Shown here piece by piece: positions 40,479 through 48,575 of a stretch of DNA of 64,000 nt (position 1 is the first letter of the stretch; each line of letters begins with the position of its first letter). A program made the position numbers and the translations under genes. Origin of the DNA: Syntrophales bacterium (GTDB lineage: Bacteria > Desulfobacterota > Syntrophia > Syntrophales > UBA6807); NCBI GenBank assembly GCA_040767195.1, contig JAXGPA010000001.1, positions 961,759 to 1,025,758 on the forward strand, read 5' to 3'. A model generated the notes under the pieces. It was given only the letters and a program-made list of their open reading frames with translations. It ran no database searches and was not told where the DNA came from.

Positions 40479-42405
40479 CCGCCGGGGTCTCGCCTTCAGG
40501 CTTGCGCTGTTCGTCCTGACGAGCGTGTCCGTCGTCTTCCTTCTGATTTTCGGATACAGCTACAAGACCTCCCGGGACATCCTCATCGGCCAGATCGAGG
40601 ACAGTGCCTCCAACCTGGCGGCGGCCACGGTAAACCGCATCGACACCGTTCTGGCGGCCGTGGAGAAGATTCCCCAAAACCTGGCGTGTTTTCTTGAAAC
40701 ATCGGATTTCACGAAAAGCGGCCTCCTGGACACGCTGAAAACGGTGGTCGAACACAATGACGACATCTACGGGGCCGCCGTCGCCTTCGAGCCCGACATG
40801 TTCGAGCCCGGTGTTTCCCGCTTCGCCCCCTATTTTTACAAAAGCGACGGTTTTGTCCTTTACGCCAACCTCGCGTCGGATGACTATTCCTATTTTCACT
40901 GGGACTGGTACCAGATTCCCCGGGAGCTCGGCTGTCCCGTCTGGACGGAACCCTATTACGATGAGGGCGCGGGAAGCATCGTCATGTCCACGTATTCCTT
41001 CCCCTTTTACAAAACCGTAGGGGAGGAGCGGAAGCTCGCGGGCATCGTGACGGCGGATGTGTCCCTTTCCTGGCTCCAGTCCCTGGTGGGGGCCATCCGG
41101 ATTCGGGAATCGGGATACGGTTTCCTCCTGTCCAGGAACGGCACCTTTGTCACCCACCCCCTTCCGAGGCTGGTGATGAACGAGACCATCTTCACCATTG
41201 CCGAGGCCCGGAAGAATCCCGAATTGAGACGGATCGGCCGGGAGATGATTCAGGGAAAGGTCGGTTTCGTTCCCTACCGGAGCCTCTTCACGGGAAAGGA
41301 AGGCTGGATGGCCTTTGCCCCGCTGGCCACGAACGGCTGGTCCCTGGGGGTTCTCTTTCCCCGGACCGAACTCATGGCGCCCGTGAACAGCCTGAACCGG
41401 ACCGTCATCGTCCTCGGCGTCATGGGATTCGCCGTTCTCATCGTTGTCATCGTCTTTGTCGCCGGGACCGTTACGAAACCTCTCCGGGGCCTCGCCGGGG
41501 CGGCGGCCCATATCGCCCGGGGCCGGCTGGACGCTCCTCTTCCCCCCGTCAGAGCCCGGGACGAGGTGGGTGAGCTGGCCCTGTCTTTCCATTCCATGCA
41601 GGTGTGCCTGAAAAAGTACATCGACGATCTCACGGAAACCACGGCGGCCAAGGAACGGATCGAAAGCGAGTTGAGAATCGCCCATGACATTCAGATGGGC
41701 ATCCTCCCCAAAACGTTTCCCCCCTTCCCCGACCGCCGGGAGTTCGATCTGTTCGCCAACCTGGAGCCGGCCCGGGAGGTGGGGGGCGACCTTTACGACT
41801 TCTTCTTTCTCGACGACAGGCATCTGTGCTTTCACGTGGGGGATGTTTCAGGAAAAGGGGTTCCAGCGTCCATTCTCATGGCCGTCACGAAGACCCTCGT
41901 CAAGGCGAAGGCCGCCCAGGGGCGGGAACCCCACGCCATCCTCCGGAGCGTCAACGAGGAGCTTGCCGTGGACAACCCCTCGTGCCTGTTCGTGACCCTC
42001 TTTCTGGCTGTTCTCGATGTGGTGAGCGGGTCCCTCCGCTACGCCAACGGCGGCCACAACCCGCCCTTCTTCATCACGGCGGGGACGCCCCCCGAATTTC
42101 TCCCCGGAACGGACGGAATGGCCGTGGGGATCGAGGAAGGATTTGACTATCGGTCCAATGAAATGGTCCTGAAACCAGGGGATCTTCTTTTTTTATACAC
42201 CGACGGGGTCACCGAGGCGATGAACGCCGACAAGGACTTCTACGCGGAGGGCCGGCTGAAAGAGGCCCTTTCCGCCGTCCGGGACCTCCCCGTGGAGGAC
42301 GTCGTCAGAACCGTCAAGGAGAGTGTTCGGGAATTCGCCGGCCAGGAGCCCCGGGCGGACGACATGACCATGCTCGCCCTCCGCTTCAGGGGGGATGAAG
42401 ACTGA
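40471..42405 (+). CDS. Cache-HAMP-SpoIIE/PP2C sensor phosphatase (RsbU-like)
   Basis: TM, Cache (WYQIP...PVWTEPYYD; GYGFLLSRNGTFVTHP), TM, HAMP (DEVGELA.SF), VGGDLYD, GDVSGKG, NGGH, YTDGVTEA, DDMT. Confidence 0.93.
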   Translation: MINRRGLAFRLALFVLTSVSVVFLLIFGYSYKTSRDILIGQIEDSASNLAAATVNRIDTVLAAVEKIPQNLACFLETSDFTKSGLLDTLKTVVEHNDDIYGAAVAFEPDMFEPGVSRFAPYFYKSDGFVLYANLASDDYSYFHWDWYQIPRELGCPVWTEPYYDEGAGSIVMSTYSFPFYKTVGEERKLAGIVTADVSLSWLQSLVGAIRIRESGYGFLLSRNGTFVTHPLPRLVMNETIFTIAEARKNPELRRIGREMIQGKVGFVPYRSLFTGKEGWMAFAPLATNGWSLGVLFPRTELMAPVNSLNRTVIVLGVMGFAVLIVVIVFVAGTVTKPLRGLAGAAAHIARGRLDAPLPPVRARDEVGELALSFHSMQVCLKKYIDDLTETTAAKERIESELRIAHDIQMGILPKTFPPFPDRREFDLFANLEPAREVGGDLYDFFFLDDRHLCFHVGDVSGKGVPASILMAVTKTLVKAKAAQGREPHAILRSVNEELAVDNPSCLFVTLFLAVLDVVSGSLRYANGGHNPPFFITAGTPPEFLPGTDGMAVGIEEGFDYRSNEMVLKPGDLLFLYTDGVTEAMNADKDFYAEGRLKEALSAVRDLPVEDVVRTVKESVREFAGQEPRADDMTMLALRFRGDED

Positions 42406-42578
42406 ATCCCGGTTTTGCCGATGCCACCCGGGTCGTTTTCACCGACGCCGGCCGGGGCATATGGTTTCGTCCTGTCTGTGCAGCGTTCGGGAGAGCCTTT
42501 GGGCCGGTAATGTCGCACCGTGACCCGCCGCATTCGGTGTGGCCTGGCCACACTCCCGGGAAGAGGGTTTTTACCGGA

Positions 42579-43370
42579 TCAAGGCTTTCTGAGGCGGGAA
42601 AAGGCGTCCCCGATTTTTTCCAGCAGGGGTTTGCGGACGCGCACCGTGAGATACAGGTCGCCGGGCTTCCCTCCTCTTTTCCCCGGTTTTCCCATGCCCG
42701 ACAGGCGGATCCGCTGACCTTCACGGATCCCCCGGGGTATTTTGACGAGAAGTTTTTTCCCCGTCCTTTTTTCCTCGTAGGGAAAGGATCCGCCCCTGGC
42801 GGCGTCGCCGGGACGGAGCGTCAGGGTGTCCTCCCGGTCCTGCCCCTCTTCCGGCAGGAGAAGGCCCCCCATTTTTTCGAGGAAAAACCGGGATATTTTC
42901 CCCAGGGCCGCGCCGTCGGCGGCGTTCTTCACGGCCTCCTGGCCGAAAGGTCCCGTAAAAACGAACCCCCGGGCGTTTAAGCCCCCCTTCTGGAAGTGGA
43001 ACGTCCGGAATCCGTTGCCGTACTGCTCTCGAAACACCTCTTCGAAGCCCCGAAGCCCGAAGGACCGGGCCACTTCCTCGAAAATTCTGTGAATGTCCGA
43101 ATCCCGAAAGATATCCTCGCTTGTGTGGGACGTCCGGAAACGGTCGGCGGCGCCGGTTCCGAACCGCCGCCGGAGGAGATCGTACTCCTTTCTCTTTCCG
43201 CTGTTGGAGAGAACGGCATAGGCCTCATTGAGGAGCTTCATCCGCTCCGCCGCCTCGGGGTTCCCGCCGTTCCGGTCGGGATGGTACTTCAGGGCCAGCC
43301 GGCGATAGCCGTCCTTTATCTCCTTTTCCGAGGCGTCTTCATGGATTTCCAGGATTTCGTAGTAGTCGAT
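42579..43370 (-). CDS. J-domain co-chaperone with DnaJ C-terminal domain; no canonical start codon (ATC candidate)
   Basis: The frame extends beyond the ORF-track ATG: IDYYEILEI...YRRLALKYHPDRN...LNEAYAVLS; C-terminal VKIPRGIREGQRIRLSGMG...GDLYL. Confidence 0.85.
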   Translation of the reverse strand: MDYYEILEIHEDASEKEIKDGYRRLALKYHPDRNGGNPEAAERMKLLNEAYAVLSNSGKRKEYDLLRRRFGTGAADRFRTSHTSEDIFRDSDIHRIFEEVARSFGLRGFEEVFREQYGNGFRTFHFQKGGLNARGFVFTGPFGQEAVKNAADGAALGKISRFFLEKMGGLLLPEEGQDREDTLTLRPGDAARGGSFPYEEKRTGKKLLVKIPRGIREGQRIRLSGMGKPGKRGGKPGDLYLTVRVRKPLLEKIGDAFSRLRKP

Positions 43371-43496
43371 GGTGTCACCTCTTGCCCGTGATCTTCAATC
43401 TGGGTGCCGGGAGATATTTTTCCCTGGCCATCCCTTATATTAATCACCTTTAAGAAAATGACAAGACCGGGGGAACGCCGGTGAAACGGGCCCGTG

Positions 43497-44675
43497 TCAC
43501 GGCCTTTTCCCAAGGGGTCCCCTTTCGGGGAGAAATAAAACGAGCCCCGTCGTCAGAAGGGGAATCCAGGCCACGGCGGACAGAACGGCGGATATGGAGA
43601 AGAGATCCGCCAGCGCTCCCACGAGGGGGGTCATCATCCCTCCGAGCCCGAAAGCGAATCCCATCATGAGGCTCGAGACCAGGGAGCGTCCCCGGGGGGC
43701 CAGCTCCTGCGCCATGGTCACCCCGAGGGGCAGCGTCGCCATGATAAGAAAACCGGAAAGAAACGTCATGAGGTAGACGTCGGCGCCGGTGGAAAAAAGA
43801 AGAAGAAACAGGACGGGAGAGGCTGTCCCGTGGGCGAATAAAAAAATCTTTCGGTATCCCATGCGGTCCGAAAGGGTTCCGGCGATGAGCCCGCTTATCG
43901 ACCCGGCGAGCGTAAAAAGGGAGACGACGGTCCCGATGGAAAGGAGATCGAACCCGGCTTTGTCCAGGAGCAGCGGGTAAAAGGTCCTGAAGGCGTGGGC
44001 GACGAAGGCACGGAGAACCATGATGACCCAGATGAGGAGAACGGCCCGCCAGACCTCTCCGAAAGCTTCCCGTATAGACCCGAAAAACCCGTAGTTTCCC
44101 AGACCTTCCTCCTGGGGGATGGGAACGGAGAGAAAAATGACCAATAAAAGGAAAAATCCGGGGATCATGGTGAGAGGCGCCTGGGAGAGGCCGTATTTTC
44201 CCACGAACCAGGCGATGGCAATGGGACCGGCGGCGAAAGCGAGCGTCCCGCCGGTGTTGAAAAAAGACATGGAAAGACCGGGCCGGAGTCCGGAGTAGAG
44301 GGGAACCATCCCGGCTACGGACGGGTGGAACATGGAAGACCCGATGGACCCGAGGGCGATGCAGAGGAGAAGAATGGGGAAAGAAGGCACCACGCCGGTC
44401 AGGGGGATGAAGACGACGGACAGGAGAACGCCGCCTAAAATGAAGAAACGGGTCTGATACCGGTCGGCGAGGTACCCCACGGAAGGTTGGACGACAAACG
44501 CCAGAAAGCGCCCGAGACCGCTCAGGAGACCCACCTGGGTCAGGGTCAGGGCGAATCGGTCGGTGAAGGCGGGCAGCAGGGGCGTAACGAAGGAGCTGTA
44601 AAAATCCCCCGTAAAGTGAACCAGGGTGAGGGCCAGGATGATTTTTCCCCGGAAGCGGGAATCCGTGGTTTTCAT
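43497..44675 (-). CDS. MFS transporter (Fsr-like)
   Basis: HFTGDFY...PLLP, QPSVGYLADR, GSSMFHP, GTLSDRMG, SSLMMGFAFG. Confidence 0.9.
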   Translation of the reverse strand: MKTTDSRFRGKIILALTLVHFTGDFYSSFVTPLLPAFTDRFALTLTQVGLLSGLGRFLAFVVQPSVGYLADRYQTRFFILGGVLLSVVFIPLTGVVPSFPILLLCIALGSIGSSMFHPSVAGMVPLYSGLRPGLSMSFFNTGGTLAFAAGPIAIAWFVGKYGLSQAPLTMIPGFFLLLVIFLSVPIPQEEGLGNYGFFGSIREAFGEVWRAVLLIWVIMVLRAFVAHAFRTFYPLLLDKAGFDLLSIGTVVSLFTLAGSISGLIAGTLSDRMGYRKIFLFAHGTASPVLFLLLFSTGADVYLMTFLSGFLIMATLPLGVTMAQELAPRGRSLVSSLMMGFAFGLGGMMTPLVGALADLFSISAVLSAVAWIPLLTTGLVLFLPERGPLGKRP

Positions 44676-44791
44676 GGGGCCGGGGGCTGGATTTTTTTCC
44701 TTTTTCCGACCCGGTCTTTCCGGATCTTCTTTTTTTCCCGAATGAGACGGGAAACGTCTTTCTGCCGTCTCGTGATTTTTTCCTTTCCCAT
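44672..44791 (-). CDS. Possible small basic peptide (39 aa) coupled to the MFS gene
   Basis: GGGAG SD, ATG start, stop overlaps the MFS start (ATGA). Confidence 0.3.
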   Translation of the reverse strand: MGKEKITRRQKDVSRLIREKKKIRKDRVGKRKKIQPPAP

Positions 44792-45073
44792 GGACAGGCT
44801 CTCCCTTTCTTTCCTTTTATCACCCCTCGAGAGGGAATGAAAGCGCTCCCGCAATCCGATTTTCCCGTCGCATCACGGATGACCGCCAACTGCCCGCCGA
44901 GAGGTGCCAACTCCCGTCCCGGGGAGGCACCGGGCTCATCCTTTCCCGTTGCGCCCGTCTCTCCGGTGTGCTAAGGAATCCAAAAATCTGTTCTTTTGGA
45001 TGGAAAAACACCGCCCGTCGAGAGGAACGGAAGGCTCTGAAAATACATCCATCGCCTGTGAGGAGGTCTCAAG

Positions 45074-46375
45074 ATGATTTATAATGAAGAGTTCGAAACC
45101 CTGCCCCGGGAAGTCCTGGAAGCTCTGCAGCTCAAGCGGTTGCAGCAGGTGGCGGAGCGGGTCTACCATACGGTCGGCTTTTATCGGAAGGCCTTCGACG
45201 AGGCGGGGGTGAAGCCCGACGACATCCGCCGGCTCGAGGACCTCAGGCGGCTGCCCTTCACGGACAAGGAGGATCTCAGGGACAATTATCCCTTCGGACT
45301 TTTCGCCGCGCCCATGTCGAGCGTCGTGCGCCTCCACGCGTCCTCGGGAACGACGGGAAAGGCGACGGTGGTGGGCTACACGAAGCGGGACATCGACACC
45401 TGGGCAGAGCTCATGGCCCGGTCTTTCGTCGCCGCCGGACTGACGAAAAACGACATGATCCACAATGCTTACGGGTACGGCCTTTTCACGGGGGGCCTCG
45501 GGGCCCACTACGGCGCGGAGAAACTCGGGGCGAGCGTCATCCCCATGTCGGGCGGGAACACCCGCCGGCAGCTCATGATCCTTCAGGATTTCGGTCCCAC
45601 GGCCATCTGCTGCACCCCCTCCTATGCCCTTTACCTGGCCGAACAGGGAAGGGAAGCGGGGGTGGACATGGGATCCCTGAAACTCCGGATCGGCGTCCTC
45701 GGCGCCGAGCCCTGGACGGAGAGGATGCGCGAGGAAATCGAGGAAAAGCTCAACATCACGGCCCTGGACATATACGGTCTTTCCGAGGTGATGGGGCCGG
45801 GCGTGTCCATCGAGTGCGTCGAGGGACGCCGGGGGCTTCACGTTTTCGAGGATCATTTCATCGTCGAGGTCATCGATCCCGTGACAGGGCAAGTCCTGCC
45901 CAACGGGGAACCGGGGGAACTCGTTTTCACGACCCTGACCAAGGAAGCCTTTCCCCTCATCCGTTACCGGACCCGGGACCTTTCCCGGCTCATGAAGGAA
46001 CCCTGCCGATGCGGGCGGACCCTCGTCCGGATGGAAAGGGTTTCCGGCCGGAGCGATGACATGCTCATCATTCGCGGCGTTAACGTCTTTCCGTCTCAGA
46101 TCGAGAGCATCCTTCTCGGTATCGAGGGTCTCGAGCCGCACTACGAACTCATCGTGGACCGGGAGGAATCCCTGGACACCCTGGAGATCCGGGTGGAGGT
46201 GGGCGAATCGGTCTTTTCCGACGAGGTCCGGAAGATGCAGGAGATCGAGCGGCGCATCTCGAAGGACATCAAGGAGTACCTGGGTGTCACGGCGGCGGTG
46301 AAACTGGTGGAGACCAAATCCCTGAAACGCTACGAGGGGAAGGCCCAACGGGTTATTGACCGAAGAAAACTGTAA
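45074..46375 (+). CDS. paaK: Phenylacetate-CoA ligase family protein
   Basis: [58 protein letters not shown]. Confidence 0.93.
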   Translation: MIYNEEFETLPREVLEALQLKRLQQVAERVYHTVGFYRKAFDEAGVKPDDIRRLEDLRRLPFTDKEDLRDNYPFGLFAAPMSSVVRLHASSGTTGKATVVGYTKRDIDTWAELMARSFVAAGLTKNDMIHNAYGYGLFTGGLGAHYGAEKLGASVIPMSGGNTRRQLMILQDFGPTAICCTPSYALYLAEQGREAGVDMGSLKLRIGVLGAEPWTERMREEIEEKLNITALDIYGLSEVMGPGVSIECVEGRRGLHVFEDHFIVEVIDPVTGQVLPNGEPGELVFTTLTKEAFPLIRYRTRDLSRLMKEPCRCGRTLVRMERVSGRSDDMLIIRGVNVFPSQIESILLGIEGLEPHYELIVDREESLDTLEIRVEVGESVFSDEVRKMQEIERRISKDIKEYLGVTAAVKLVETKSLKRYEGKAQRVIDRRKL

Positions 46376-46392
46376 GAAAAGGAGAGGAAAAC

Positions 46393-46824
46393 ATGAAAGT
46401 CGAACAGATCTCCATTTTTCTGGAAAACAAGCCCGGCGGGCTCGAGCATATCACCCGGGTCCTCAAGGATGCCGGAATCAACATCCGGGCCCTTTCGCTC
46501 GCCGACACCTCGGATTTCGGGATTCTCCGCCTCATCGTGAACAATGTGGCGGAAGCGGAAAAAGCCCTCCAGGCTCACGGCCTCACCGTTCGCCGGACTC
46601 CCGTGGTGGCCGTGGAAGTGCCCGACCGGCCGGGAGGGCTCCACAGCATCCTGGCAGTTCTTCTCAAGAAAAGCATCAACGTGGAATACATGTACGCCTT
46701 CGTGGACAGGAGCGGTGAAAACGCGCTCATCATTTTCCGGTTCGACCGTACCGATGAGGCCATCGAGATCCTGAAAGAAAACGGCATAACCGTTCTCCCC
46801 GGTGAAAGGGTGTACAAGCTTTGA
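46393..46824 (+). CDS. Tandem ACT domain protein (typical paaK neighbour)
   Basis: [47 protein letters not shown]. Confidence 0.92.
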   Translation: MKVEQISIFLENKPGGLEHITRVLKDAGINIRALSLADTSDFGILRLIVNNVAEAEKALQAHGLTVRRTPVVAVEVPDRPGGLHSILAVLLKKSINVEYMYAFVDRSGENALIIFRFDRTDEAIEILKENGITVLPGERVYKL

Positions 46825-46892
46825 GGCGCAGTGGGGCAAGGCGGCGCCGGAAAACGCCGGAGCGGTGATGCCTCGTCTTTTTCACTTTTCAT

Positions 46893-46921
46893 TGGACAAA
46901 CGAAAAGAGGTTTGGTAGAAA
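46893..46921 (+). promoter_or_regulatory. Candidate sigma-70 promoter upstream of the greA leader
   Basis: TGGACA-17 nt-TAGAAA with extended TG. Confidence 0.4.
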
Positions 46922-46981
46922 AAACCGCCAGACAACGATAAGAAGCCTTCCGGACTCTTCTTTTTTTCCGCACTTCGGGGA

Positions 46982-47033
46982 GGGGTCAGGATCGGGACAG
47001 CTTGTCACCGATCCTGACCCCCCCTTCTATTTT
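46982..47033 (+). terminator. Strong hairpin, terminator or attenuator
   Basis: 14-bp perfect stem GGGGTCAGGATCGG/CCGATCCTGACCCC, inner GACA/TGTC, followed by CCCTTCTATTTT. Confidence 0.7.
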
Positions 47034-47173
47034 ACGGTGCCTCCTTCTTGAGGGGGAGCGACGCCTGCGGATGTGAGCCCGGATAGGCAAAGGGAACGGT
47101 GCGAAGCGGTGGGTCCACTCCACTCACTCCACTCCACCGGTATCCCCGTTGTAACATCACTGGAGGACAAGGC

Positions 47174-47644
47174 ATGCAGAAAATCCCCATCACCCCGGCC
47201 GGCTTCGAAAAGCTGAAAAAGGAACTCGATCACTTGAAAAGGATCGACGTCCCCGCCAACATTCGGGACATCGAGGAGGCCCGCTCTCACGGCGACATAT
47301 CGGAAAATGCCGAGTACGCCGCTGCCAAGGAGAAACAGTCTTTTATCCAGGGGAAAATCCAGGAACTGGAGAACAATCTTGCCCAGTCGCTGATCGTGGA
47401 TCCCGCGGAACTGGCCGGCGACCGGGCGGTTTTCGGCACCCTGGTGACCCTGGAAGATCAGGACAGTTCCGAGGTCATCAAATACCGCCTCGTCGGTCCC
47501 TTCGAGTCGGACATAAGCCAGGCCCAGATCTCCATCACGTCGCCCATTGGCAAAGCCCTCGTGGGAAAGCGCATCGGGGACGAGGTGACGGTGAAGACGC
47601 CCGGAGGGGTTCGCCAGTTTGAAGTCCTCGACATTTCCTTTTAA
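47174..47644 (+). CDS. greA: Transcription elongation factor GreA
   Basis: ARSHGDISENAEYAAAKE, ISITSPIGKALVGK, TPGG; GGAGG SD. Confidence 0.96.
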   Translation: MQKIPITPAGFEKLKKELDHLKRIDVPANIRDIEEARSHGDISENAEYAAAKEKQSFIQGKIQELENNLAQSLIVDPAELAGDRAVFGTLVTLEDQDSSEVIKYRLVGPFESDISQAQISITSPIGKALVGKRIGDEVTVKTPGGVRQFEVLDISF

Positions 47645-48053
47645 TGCCAGAGAAGCGGTCTTTCAAGCTAGGCCTGAAAACCGGTCGGCTAAAGCGGAGG
47701 GATTCCCGTGGCTTATTCCTCTCTTGCCGCGGTGAGCGCCGGGGTCCGTTCTGGTTCGATCGGCCTCCGTTTTGTAAACCCGGTGAACCCGCGGTTCGCT
47801 GTTGCCGGTGAATCACATAAAACGATTTAAACGATCCGCGTTTATCTCTCCCTGTGATTCCTGAAGTCCCCGTGTCCCCCCACCGGGATCGCCTGTTCAG
47901 GAAAGTTTCCGGGGATGCCCGTCAGTAAAGTGGCCTGGGGACTTTTCCACGGCCTTCCGGGACCGGTTTCCGGGGCCGATTTCCGTTGACACCTCCCGGA
48001 GCGGATGCTACCGTGAGGCCACGTTCACGTCCCGCCAGGGAGAAAGGAGAATC

Positions 48054-48560
48054 ATGGTCCGAAGCCGGTTTTTTCATGCCGGAGGCGACAAGGGCAAGAA
48101 CAGCAAAAAAGGCAATCCGGCGAGTTCGGAAATCGATCAAAGCTTTTATTACATGTACCTCGTCCTGGGTCTCCAGGTCCTCTTTCTTTTCGCCCTCCTC
48201 ACGTTCATGATGCTTGTCGGGAAGGTGCTTTCCATGCCCTGGTGGGTGTTTCTGCTCATTTTCTTCGGCGCCATCGGGGGATGCGTTTTCCTCTACATGA
48301 GGATCAAGAAGAAATTCAAGGATCTGAAAAAAACAATCAAGGACACGCTGGAAGATGTCGATCTTTCCGGCAGGAACTACGAAATCAGAATCATGGGGGG
48401 CGTTCTCACCCTGCGGGTGGAGCAGAACCCCTCGCGGATGCTCGAATCGCGGCCCGTCCAGCCGCTTTTGGAAGACAAGACCTTCGATCTGGCCCCGGAA
48501 GAAACGCGCGAGAGCGGTTCAGTTAAAGACGCGAAAAAATCCGGAAATGGAAGACTCTGA
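48054..48560 (+). CDS. Hypothetical two-TM membrane protein
   Basis: AAGGAG SD; two hydrophobic helices, then a basic coil and YEIRIMGG; 15 nt before recC. Confidence 0.75.
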   Translation: MVRSRFFHAGGDKGKNSKKGNPASSEIDQSFYYMYLVLGLQVLFLFALLTFMMLVGKVLSMPWWVFLLIFFGAIGGCVFLYMRIKKKFKDLKKTIKDTLEDVDLSGRNYEIRIMGGVLTLRVEQNPSRMLESRPVQPLLEDKTFDLAPEETRESGSVKDAKKSGNGRL

Positions 48561-48575
48561 CCCGCCTGCTGAACC

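Noticed and set aside
47645..48053. ncRNA or tRNA in the 409-nt gap after greA
   Set aside because: No cloverleaf or recognisable RNA family motif seen by eye; an unknown sRNA cannot be excluded
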